NCBI RefSeq assembly: GCF_002945325.1
Contig: NZ_CP026606.1
Location: 1,650,001 to 1,682,000 of the forward strand
Length of the DNA stretch: 32,000 nt
Source: Methanococcus maripaludis
Lineage (GTDB): Archaea > AGJL01 > Methanococci > Methanococcales > Methanococcaceae
Direction: 5' to 3'
In this document: positions 10,742-18,421 of the stretch, piece by piece
Layout: every line of letters begins with the position of its first letter
How positions within the stretch are numbered: position 1 is the stretch's first letter
Made by a program: the position numbers and the translations under genes
Notes under the pieces: generated by a model
Told to the model about the DNA's origin: nothing
Seen by the model: the letters and a program-made list of their open reading frames with translations, nothing else
Databases searched by the model: none

Positions 10742-12676
10742 TTATTCATCTCCATCTCCATCTCCATCTCCATTTTTAGGAGTTTTGAATAAATATTCTC
10801 TGTTTTGCATTATCATGGAAAATTCAAAAGATAGGTAATCTGAAACAGTTTTTTCAAAATTTTCATCTGTTGGAATTTCATCATTGAAGTAATAAAAGCT
10901 GTGAAGCCATTCATCATTAGGCTCTACCGTCGTTTTTACACAAAATTTTGTTTCTGATTCGATTCTATCAAACCATACATCAAGTAAGTGCTGTTTTTTA
11001 TCTTTTGCCTGTTCAGTTTCCAGTAATCCTATATGGGGGCTAATTTTATAACCGTCATCCCTAAAATCGATAAATTTACATTCTTTATCATTTAAATGTG
11101 GTTCCCCTGCCGTAAATATGGCAATACAAGGCATTACCCCAACACCATAAAATGTATCTTTGTTTAGGGTAATTACGCCTTCTAGTGTATGTTTTTTTAA
11201 GATATTTTCTTTTATACTCTGTTCTTCTCTAGTTTTCCCTGTTACTGAGGATTGGGGTATAATAACGATACAACGTGCACCAACAGTCAATGAGTCAAGC
11301 AAATGTTCGGTAAAAGCTATTTCATATAACGTAGGATCTTTTTTTGAGCCTTGTGAATAAGGTGGATTCATCATCCCTACGGTGGGCTGTTTTAACTGTA
11401 TTTTATTGGGGTCTTGCTTTAAGAAATCTTCATTTATTAGGTTGCTTTTACCATCTCCTCGTAAAATCATATTTGTTGTAGCAATTGTAAACATGTAGGG
11501 CTGTAATTCAAAGCCGTGAAGTTGGTTTTGTCTGATATTTCTTTGTTCTGATTTTTTACTGGTTTGTTTTAACATGTTATGCATTGAAGCAATTAAAAAT
11601 CCTGCAGTTCCACAACAAGGGTCAAAAACAATATCATTAGGTTTTACTTCAACTAAATCGCAAAATAATTCCGTAATATGTTTAGGGGTAAGAACAATAC
11701 CTAATGTCTGCCCATCACCCCCCGAATAAGACATAAATTCTCCATAAAATCTACCCAAATAATCTTCCGAAGACTGAATATATCTAATACTTTTGTAAAT
11801 TTTGTTGTATAGGTATTCGGTATAATGTTTTAGTGGTGTTTTCTTTAATTTCGGTTCAATTTCATTTAATTTTGGTGTATCTTTAATGATTGCAAACTGA
11901 CTAAGTAATTTATCTTTTTTTACATCGGGAGATACATTTGCTCTTTTTAAATTGGATTCTATCGCATCATAAATTTTTTGACCATCTGTTTTAATCGTAT
12001 CTCCTGTTAAATCATCAATAGAAAAATTCTTAGATTCTGATTCCCTCAAAGCTAATAAAATACCTGATACAATCAAAGGTTTATCAACATCTTTAAGAGT
12101 CCCGTAATTTCTTAAATCTTCATGTAGTATTGAAGCATCTTTTAAGATTTCTTCAGTCGTTTTTTCTTCATCTGTCGCTTCTTTTAAGATTTCCCTTGTA
12201 TAATACTCATCAATGTTTTTTTCATTGAATGATATGAATGATTCTACATCTGGAAGTTCTCGATAATATTCAGTTTCATCAATATAGATTGGGCTAATTT
12301 TATGTTTTTTCTCGTTTCCAGATATGCCAAAAGCAATTATTTTTTTATATGATGTGTTTTTAGCCAAATGTTGTCCATAAAACAGTGCACCATTAACAGC
12401 GTAATTTTTCACATCATTTCGTTCCATACTAATTAAATTTTTATTATCTAATATTATATGGTTAGATAACTCGGATTTATCTTCAATAACTAACAAAAAA
12501 TCTTTAATTACTCCAATGTATTCTGGAAAACCGACTTTTCCAGTTCTGTTTTTTGAAGCAGTTTTTAATGCCGTGTTTATTTCAACTATTGAACTTCCTT
12601 GTGGTTCAAGTTCGATTTCTGCTTCTTTTAATAAATCATAGACCCATAAATCCGTTTTTACTTCTTTTTTGGCCAT
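10742..12676 (-). CDS. Fused restriction endonuclease / N6-adenine DNA methyltransferase (BcgIA-like Type IIB RM subunit)
   Basis: 644 aa. The N-terminal domain has a PD-(D/E)XK-like motif, P51-E52-X12-E65-D66-K67 (GFPEYIGVIKDFLLVIEDK, nt 12476-12526). The methyltransferase motifs are TPKHITELF, motif I VFDPCCGTAGFLI (nt 11597-11623) and motif IV MMNPPYSQG (NPPY at nt 11357-11368). Having motif I before motif IV indicates the gamma class. No hsdR gene is nearby. Confidence 0.8.
   Translation of the reverse strand: MAKKEVKTDLWVYDLLKEAEIELEPQGSSIVEINTALKTASKNRTGKVGFPEYIGVIKDFLLVIEDKSELSNHIILDNKNLISMERNDVKNYAVNGALFYGQHLAKNTSYKKIIAFGISGNEKKHKISPIYIDETEYYRELPDVESFISFNEKNIDEYYTREILKEATDEEKTTEEILKDASILHEDLRNYGTLKDVDKPLIVSGILLALRESESKNFSIDDLTGDTIKTDGQKIYDAIESNLKRANVSPDVKKDKLLSQFAIIKDTPKLNEIEPKLKKTPLKHYTEYLYNKIYKSIRYIQSSEDYLGRFYGEFMSYSGGDGQTLGIVLTPKHITELFCDLVEVKPNDIVFDPCCGTAGFLIASMHNMLKQTSKKSEQRNIRQNQLHGFELQPYMFTIATTNMILRGDGKSNLINEDFLKQDPNKIQLKQPTVGMMNPPYSQGSKKDPTLYEIAFTEHLLDSLTVGARCIVIIPQSSVTGKTREEQSIKENILKKHTLEGVITLNKDTFYGVGVMPCIAIFTAGEPHLNDKECKFIDFRDDGYKISPHIGLLETEQAKDKKQHLLDVWFDRIESETKFCVKTTVEPNDEWLHSFYYFNDEIPTDENFEKTVSDYLSFEFSMIMQNREYLFKTPKNGDGDGDGDE
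10748..10771 (-). repeat. Perfect hexanucleotide tandem repeat (GGAGAT x4 on the coding strand) encoding the C-terminal GDGDGDGD tail
   Basis: The plus strand reads atctcc x4 at 10748-10771. The translation is ...PKNGDGDGDGDE*. The repeat lies directly upstream of the specificity-subunit ATG (10739). Confidence 0.95.
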
Positions 12677-12722
12677 ATCCTTTCCCCTTATCAGATATTA
12701 CATCTTTCATATTTTTTAAAAA

Positions 12723-12731
12723 TTATATAAA
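12723..12731 (-). promoter_or_regulatory. Candidate TATA box for the RM operon
   Basis: The minus strand reads TTTATATAA about 50 nt upstream of the ATG at 12676. An AAGGGGAAAGGA SD-like stretch lies between them. Confidence 0.35.
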
Positions 12732-12822
12732 TGGCCCTTAAGTTTTATGATTTTCGATTAATGGTGGATGGTTAATCCTCAAAAATAGAATTTAAAATTA
12801 TAAATCGTTTTTCTTTAAAACT

Positions 12823-13302
12823 TTACTTATGATAAGGTTCCCCGCTAATAATTCTAAAACTTCGATAGATCTGTTCTAAAAGAATGACCCTCATTAATTG
12901 GTGTGGAAATGTCATTTTTGAAAAAGACAGCTTAAAATCTGAAATTTCTGAAATATTTTTTGATAATCCCAAGGATCCTCCAATAACGAATGTTATATCA
13001 CTTTTTCCAGAAATTGAAAGGTCGTTTATTTTTTTTGCAAGATCTTCAGAAGTTAATTCTTTTCCCAAAATCTCAAGAGTTATCAAAAATGAATCTTTTT
13101 TTAGATATTTTAAAATTCTTTCAGCTTCCTTTTCAAGTATTTTTGATTTTTCAACGTCGCTTGGATTTTCAGGGGTTTTTTCATCGGCAACTTCGATTAT
13201 ATCGAGCTTTGAATATCGTGAAATTCTTTTTGAGTATTCAATAATTGCATCACTTAGATACTTTTCTTTTATTTTTCCAACAGAAATGATTGTTACGTTC
13301 AT
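12823..13302 (-). CDS. rlmH: 23S rRNA (pseudouridine-N3)-methyltransferase RlmH (SPOUT family, YbeA/DUF163)
   Basis: 159 aa. The N-terminus is MNVTIISVGKIKEKYLSDAIIEYSKRI. The C-terminus FVIGGSLGLS...SFSKMTFPHQLMRVILLEQIYRSFRIISGEPYHK matches the RlmH knot-region signature. Confidence 0.9.
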   Translation of the reverse strand: MNVTIISVGKIKEKYLSDAIIEYSKRISRYSKLDIIEVADEKTPENPSDVEKSKILEKEAERILKYLKKDSFLITLEILGKELTSEDLAKKINDLSISGKSDITFVIGGSLGLSKNISEISDFKLSFSKMTFPHQLMRVILLEQIYRSFRIISGEPYHK

Positions 13303-13379
13303 ATAAATTTCTCCACTTTAAAGCTTTTAAATTGCCAAAATTAAAAAAAGAATTTGAAAAATATTTAAAAAAGAATTAT

Positions 13380-14186
13380 TTATTGTTTAATGAATTTTTT
13401 TGCAACATCCATTAAATTTTCGGAAATTACAAATTTAGTGTTCTCTTTCAATGTGTTTGAAGTTACATCAAGAGCTTTGTAGAGCTGAGCTTCGTTTTTA
13501 AAGTAGTTTTGAGCAGATTCTGCAACGATCTGGATTGCTTTTGCCTGACCTTCTGCTTCAATTTTCATACTTTCAGCAGTACCTTGGGCTTTTAAGATTT
13601 TACTCTGTTTTTCACCCTCTGCTTCCAATATGGCAGCTCTTTTTAACCTTTCAGCTTTCATCTGTTGGGTCATTGCGTTTTTAATGTCGGTTGGAGGTTC
13701 AATTTCTCTCAATTCAACTTTTTCAACCTTTACTCCCCATGCATCAGTATCCCTATCAAGCGTTTCTAAAAGCTGTGAATTGATAAATTCTCTTTTGTTT
13801 AACGCATCATCAAGTTCTAGGCTACCAATTATTGCTCTCAAAGAAGTTTGTGCAAGGTTTATAATTGCGTACTGGAAGTTTTGAACCTCTAAAATTGCTC
13901 TGTTTACATCCATTACTCGGTAGTAAATAACTGCATCGATTCTAACCCCTGCGTTATCTCTTGTAATCATTTCTTGTGGCGGAACATCGATTACTTTAGT
14001 TCTTACATCTACTTTTATAGGTACATCGATAAATGGAATTATGAAATTAACTCCTGGATTTAATCTTCCCCTAACTTTTCCAAGCCTGAATATAAGTCCG
14101 AGTTCAAACTGGTTTACGATAATAACTGATTTTATTATTAATACCAGCAAAAATATACCCAATAGCAAATTAAGCCAAAAAGACAT
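13380..14186 (-). CDS. SPFH/band-7 (stomatin-like) membrane protein
   Basis: 268 aa. An N-terminal TM helix is followed by an SPFH core ([27 protein letters not shown]...[16 protein letters not shown]) and an A/E/K coiled-coil tail. A GGGGGAG SD lies upstream. Confidence 0.92.
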   Translation of the reverse strand: MSFWLNLLLGIFLLVLIIKSVIIVNQFELGLIFRLGKVRGRLNPGVNFIIPFIDVPIKVDVRTKVIDVPPQEMITRDNAGVRIDAVIYYRVMDVNRAILEVQNFQYAIINLAQTSLRAIIGSLELDDALNKREFINSQLLETLDRDTDAWGVKVEKVELREIEPPTDIKNAMTQQMKAERLKRAAILEAEGEKQSKILKAQGTAESMKIEAEGQAKAIQIVAESAQNYFKNEAQLYKALDVTSNTLKENTKFVISENLMDVAKKFIKQ

Positions 14187-14222
14187 AAATCTCCCCCTAA
14201 TCTAGGTTTTTACAAATTATAA

Positions 14223-14636
14223 TCATTCATTTAGTTCTTCAATAATTAAAGATACTCCTTCAATACCTACAACAATTACTTTTGAACCTTTTTTTATCGG
14301 GTTTTCAGATTTTGCCTGCCATTTTTCCCCGTGTATTATGACATGGCCGTAGTTATTTTCATCAATTTCATCAACAAGGTCCCCATGTTCACCAATTAAG
14401 TTTTCAGCACCGATTTTTACATTTAAACCGGTTTTATAGACAAACCTTTTCATGATGTATGCAGTGATTAAACCTGCAAGTAATGCTGATGGAAGTGCAA
14501 ATTGTGGCGCATAAAGTAAAAATATTCCATAAATAAGCACTGCAACACCAGCGACTGGGAAATTAAGCCCTGGAAGGAATGCTTCGAGGAGTATTAACCC
14601 CATGCCGATTATAATTGTTATATAACCTAAGTCCAT
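14223..14636 (-). CDS. NfeD-family membrane protein, short form (no protease domain)
   Basis: 137 aa with 2-3 N-terminal TM helices and a C-terminal OB-like NfeD domain (LIGEHGDLVDEI...GHVIIHGEKWQAKSENPIKKGSKVIVVGIEGVSLIIEE). It is the classic operon partner of an SPFH gene. Confidence 0.88.
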   Translation of the reverse strand: MDLGYITIIIGMGLILLEAFLPGLNFPVAGVAVLIYGIFLLYAPQFALPSALLAGLITAYIMKRFVYKTGLNVKIGAENLIGEHGDLVDEIDENNYGHVIIHGEKWQAKSENPIKKGSKVIVVGIEGVSLIIEELNE

Positions 14637-14653
14637 GATACACCTTTAAAGAT

Positions 14654-14685
14654 TAGATTATTTATATAGTGCACTAAATAATCTA
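14654..14685. promoter_or_regulatory. Perfect 11-bp inverted repeat overlapping the nfeD-SPFH promoter region
   Basis: TAGATTATTTA (14654-14664), a 10-nt spacer tatagtgcac, then TAAATAATCTA (14675-14685). It lies between the tmk stop (14708) and the nfeD ATG (14636). On the minus strand it embeds a TATATAAATA TATA-like sequence. Confidence 0.4.
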
Positions 14686-14707
14686 TTTGCTAAGAACAAT
14701 ATATAGT

Positions 14708-15307
14708 TTATTGTATAATATCTGGAATTTTATCGACAATCGCGTTTAAAATTTCGTTAAAAACCTGATTTATTGGTTTTGAAGTTGTATCAATTACAAT
14801 AAATCCATATTTTGGTATGAATTTTCCATTCTCTGAATTTATAAGGTTGTAATATCCTTCTTTTATTTTTTTCTGAAATTCCAGTTTTTCAAATATTTCC
14901 TTCTCTCTGGACTCCATTCTTTTTAAAGCTTCATTTAAATCCACATCGAGTAAAACCACAAGATCTGGAATTTTTGCATAATCGTTAATCTTGTATATAA
15001 AATCTTTTGGAATTCCTTGTGTCATCTGGTAAACTATCGAAGAGTATACATAACGGTCCGAAACAACGTGAGATTTTTTCAAATCTTCTTCGATTTTTGA
15101 AACGTGTTCAACACGATCTGCTGCAAAAAGGAGAGCGAGAGTTTCTTTATTGCATTTAGAACCTGCTAAAATTTCTCTAATAGATTTTCCAATTTTTCCG
15201 TCAGTTGGTTCAAATGTAAAATTTGCATTTAATTTTTCAGCTATGAGTTTTGCCTGAGTAGTTTTTCCACAGCCGTCAATTCCTTCAAAAACGATGAATT
15301 TGTTCAT
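14708..15307 (-). CDS. tmk: Thymidylate (dTMP) kinase
   Basis: 199 aa. [26 protein letters not shown] contains the P-loop, DRY is present (VSDRYVYSS), and the LID region is typical of Tmk. Confidence 0.93.
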   Translation of the reverse strand: MNKFIVFEGIDGCGKTTQAKLIAEKLNANFTFEPTDGKIGKSIREILAGSKCNKETLALLFAADRVEHVSKIEEDLKKSHVVSDRYVYSSIVYQMTQGIPKDFIYKINDYAKIPDLVVLLDVDLNEALKRMESREKEIFEKLEFQKKIKEGYYNLINSENGKFIPKYGFIVIDTTSKPINQVFNEILNAIVDKIPDIIQ

Positions 15308-15328
15308 AATATTACCAAAAAGAGATAA

Positions 15329-18259
15329 TTAATGTTTTTGTCTTAATTTATTGTAGTATGATAATTTTAATCTCATTATTTCTTCTTTTATGCTCCATGT
15401 TCCGTAATTTTCAAGTTTATCAAGTTGGGGCATAACTTTTTCAAGGATTTTCATGTCCTTTTGACCGAATTTTTTCAATGTAAGTAGTGTTTTTAATATT
15501 ACTGATTCATCACCGTCATTTAAAAGACTGATTATTTTTGGAATTGCAGGTTTTATTAAATCTGGGTCAATATCTGCCAAAATTCCTAATGCTGCATTTT
15601 TAACTTTCCAGTGTGGATCATCTAACTTTTCCATTACAATATCTAAATATCCGTAGTGCCCTTCGTTGATGAAATCTCGAACTGATTGGAGCGCTTCTAC
15701 TTTTACAGTCCAGTCCCCACTTTCAAGTAGGTTTTCAATACGTCTGATTCTGTCATACGCAGTTTTTTGACACGATGGCTGAACAGCACGGCCTAATTTT
15801 TCCAATATTCCTTTTGATAATCCTGAAATGACGGGATTTTTATCCTCAGTAGCTTCAAGACACCAATTTATAATTTCGTAGTGGTAATGGTCTGCTTTTG
15901 GATTTTTAATTAAGTTTTCAAGGATTTTATATGCATAAGCTCTCCTATACCAGTGTTCGTCATTTTTAAATTTCGAAACAACAGACATTAAGTTTTCAAT
16001 ACTATCTATTTCTTTAGTTCGGATACTAAGTGCGTAGAACGCTTCATCGACTCCAAATTTTCCGTCTTTTATAATTTCAAGCAGTTCATCGCTTTTTTTG
16101 AAAAGGTAGTTTATTGAAGTTTCCCTATCTATTTCTGGACTTTCATAATCGATCATTTCAAGTAATTTTCCGGCAAATTCTCTTATTTCAAATATCCTGT
16201 CCGACAATGCGATATTAATTAGATCTATTATGAAATCATCGATAATCTTTGGATCCATTATTGATATTTTTTCAAGAATCGAAAGACCAGTCATTCTTAC
16301 TTTCCAGTTATGCTCATTCAAATGCATTTTTATGATCAATTTTACGGATTTTTGGTCTTCATTAGACACGCATGTCGAATATTCCTTCAATTTTTCGCAA
16401 ATGCTTTCCGAAGTTAAATCCATATCAACCCCATAAAGGATACAAAACATATCGCATCCATAGTCACGATACTTCCTGCAAATGTCGATAAACATTGAAA
16501 TAACTTTTTCATCGTTTTGGTTCTGTAACAATAAGTATCTTATAATTCCAAGTGCGGAATAAGGGAATGCTTCTAGGTATTTTTGGAAGTTGTCCAGATT
16601 AATTTCTTTTTTATCTATTTCAGTATCGAAGTCAAATTTTAAAACAAGTTTTGCAACTTCAGAAACAAGTTTTGTCGAATCGTTCAGTGCCATATAAAGC
16701 AAATATCCTGCAATTTCTGAACGTTTATCTTCAGTACCTTCAATTTTCTTTAAAAATTCAGCGAAATTTCTAAGTATCAGTATGTAATTTAGCCTTACAA
16801 AGACATTTGGATCATTTATCTTTAAAATTGGTTCTAAATGCCCATCCAATGCTTCTAAAATATAAAATGGATCGTTACTGTTGTGTAATATGGCCCGAAT
16901 AATCCAGAGACCTTGTGCACGAACCATTCCGTAATTGTCTTCCATAGATTTTATTATTAGGTCAATGGAGCTATCAATATAATCTTGGTTGTTTTTAGCT
17001 AAATTTCCAAGGTCATTCATTAAATTTATTTTAGAAATCCAATGTTCAGAATCCCACGAGTGTACAATCTCACCAACGCTATCTCTTAGCTTGGTAACTG
17101 AATTTTCATCGATATTTTCGCTCATATATGGGTAATTATCGGGATTACTTAATTCGTTTAAAAATTTTAATTTTATTTCATCTGAAACATCACGCATAAT
17201 GCTCCTGTCGATGGCCGAGATGAATACAGTTATGTGGTTATCAGCAAAAGCCGATAGAATCTGTTCAGAACTTCTAGAATCTATCAATTGGATTGCAACT
17301 GCACGGATTAATGAATTTGAATGGTGTAATAGTTCTAAATTTGTTATTTTTTCTTCTATTAAGTAAAACCCGATCAATGCAGCAAATGTTAAAAGCCAAT
17401 CTTTTTCATTTTTAATTGTTTTATTGGCTTCGTGTATAAGTATTGTTTTTAGATATGGTTTGGTTTTTGAAAGTAATCCTATCGTGTAGAACATTTTAGC
17501 TTTTACAAACCTATCGGTATTTTCGGAAGTAAATAATTTCAATAAATCTTCCATAAGCTCGTTATTTGCATTTTCAGGGTTTTTTTCGATAGATGACAGC
17601 CCAACGTGATTAAGTACTGGATCTGGACTGTTTATCAGTTTTTTGATATAGCTTGGAGGGTATTGGGCATTAAAATCAAGGTGTAGATATACTTTATTTA
17701 TTACATCTACAATTTCTTCGATTGTTTCATTATCATCGGATTCGAGCAATATCCATGAAAATATGCCTATTTTTAAATGATTTTTATTAATCATTGATTC
17801 AATTAATTCCGGAAGAATAGAGTCAATTAAGTCAGGGTCAACAGGTGCCATTTTCCAAATATTTATAATGGCTCCTAATTTTTCGTAATAATCCTCTGAA
17901 TGGATACTCTTTGAAAGTATTGTATTATATCTTGAAATTGCGTATTGTATCAGAGGTTTATTTAAAAGTTCATTTGAAATTTCTTTTATTGCTTTATTAT
18001 CATAATTTGAAAGTCTTAAAAGATGCGGTACTATTTTGTAAGCTAATTGGGGGTACTGTTTTATGATATTGTTTGTAGCCCAAAGCGTTCGTGCCTGCAT
18101 TACGGTTTTTGGAGATTCAAGTTCAATAAGTAAATTATTAAGTACGTAATCTGCATCGTCTTGTGATTCGTAGACAATGTTTCCTAACCTATTTACAGCA
18201 TCTAATTTAGCATACCAGCTTTCTTTTTTAAGGTCAGATACGATTCTTTTAATGTTCAT
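15329..18259 (-). CDS. Large HEAT/PBS-lyase-like repeat protein, function unknown
   Basis: 976 aa and all-helical. HEAT-like signatures recur along the whole length: ESWYAKLDAVNRLGNI, NYGMVRAQGLWIIRAIL, HNWKVRMTGLSILEKI, EHWYRRAYAYKILENL, GDWTVKVEALQSVRDF, PHWKVKNAALGILADI. No catalytic motif was recognised. The stop lies 21 nt before tmk. Confidence 0.7.
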   Translation of the reverse strand: MNIKRIVSDLKKESWYAKLDAVNRLGNIVYESQDDADYVLNNLLIELESPKTVMQARTLWATNNIIKQYPQLAYKIVPHLLRLSNYDNKAIKEISNELLNKPLIQYAISRYNTILSKSIHSEDYYEKLGAIINIWKMAPVDPDLIDSILPELIESMINKNHLKIGIFSWILLESDDNETIEEIVDVINKVYLHLDFNAQYPPSYIKKLINSPDPVLNHVGLSSIEKNPENANNELMEDLLKLFTSENTDRFVKAKMFYTIGLLSKTKPYLKTILIHEANKTIKNEKDWLLTFAALIGFYLIEEKITNLELLHHSNSLIRAVAIQLIDSRSSEQILSAFADNHITVFISAIDRSIMRDVSDEIKLKFLNELSNPDNYPYMSENIDENSVTKLRDSVGEIVHSWDSEHWISKINLMNDLGNLAKNNQDYIDSSIDLIIKSMEDNYGMVRAQGLWIIRAILHNSNDPFYILEALDGHLEPILKINDPNVFVRLNYILILRNFAEFLKKIEGTEDKRSEIAGYLLYMALNDSTKLVSEVAKLVLKFDFDTEIDKKEINLDNFQKYLEAFPYSALGIIRYLLLQNQNDEKVISMFIDICRKYRDYGCDMFCILYGVDMDLTSESICEKLKEYSTCVSNEDQKSVKLIIKMHLNEHNWKVRMTGLSILEKISIMDPKIIDDFIIDLINIALSDRIFEIREFAGKLLEMIDYESPEIDRETSINYLFKKSDELLEIIKDGKFGVDEAFYALSIRTKEIDSIENLMSVVSKFKNDEHWYRRAYAYKILENLIKNPKADHYHYEIINWCLEATEDKNPVISGLSKGILEKLGRAVQPSCQKTAYDRIRRIENLLESGDWTVKVEALQSVRDFINEGHYGYLDIVMEKLDDPHWKVKNAALGILADIDPDLIKPAIPKIISLLNDGDESVILKTLLTLKKFGQKDMKILEKVMPQLDKLENYGTWSIKEEIMRLKLSYYNKLRQKH

Positions 18260-18380
18260 GATTTCCCAAGTATTCTAAATCGTTAAGTATATATTCTGAT
18301 TACTTTTGTCATATATTATATACAAACAAATATAAAAATGGATGTTCAACATTATTATAGCTTTTATGTAGGTAAGGTAG

Positions 18381-18400
18381 ATACTTCTGAATACTTCTGA
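18381..18400 (+). repeat. Perfect 10-bp tandem duplication (ATACTTCTGA x2) in the rpa leader/promoter
   Basis: Read directly: atacttctga atacttctga at 18381-18400, 22 nt upstream of the rpa ATG. It is followed by the CACCGGTG palindrome (18407-18414), which contains the SD. Confidence 0.9.
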
Positions 18401-18421
18401 AAAATTCACCGGTGTAGTTTT

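Noticed and set aside
9696-12676. Reading the methyltransferase plus S pair as an incomplete Type I (HsdM/HsdS) system.
   Set aside because: There is no hsdR in the window. The M-like protein also carries its own N-terminal PE-X12-EDK nuclease-type domain in place of the usual HsdM N-terminal domain, and the sizes fit the Type IIB A/B subunits. Type I is kept only as the stated alternative, to be excluded by a genome-wide hsdR search.
9482-12798. An 11-bp inverted match flanking the RM islet (ATTTTAAATTC at 9482-9492 and GAATTTAAAAT at 12788-12798) as possible terminal inverted repeats of a mobile element.
   Set aside because: The match has a single G/C position, and several matches of this length are expected by chance between two spacers of this composition. 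There are no target-site duplications and no transposase or integrase.
12884-13306. Long antisense ORFs in the six-frame track. Examples are the 140-aa ORF covering all of rlmH, 9946-10479 opposite the S subunit, 3805-4170 and 8568-8936 and 8958-9248 opposite ATPase genes, 29761-30168 opposite mcm, and 18577-18855 and 19534-19848 opposite rpa.
   Set aside because: Each lies entirely inside a strongly supported gene on the other strand. Their compositions are low-complexity and Ser/Phe/Leu/Ile-rich, mirroring K/E-rich codons. None has a start-site signal. This is the typical stop-codon-poor antisense frame of an AT-rich genome.
13380-14636. The SPFH/NfeD pair as part of a defence island, because it lies near the RM genes.
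   Set aside because: The stomatin-NfeD operon is a widely conserved housekeeping membrane module in archaea and bacteria. It is separated from the RM genes by rlmH and has its own promoter. There is no sequence evidence linking it to defence.
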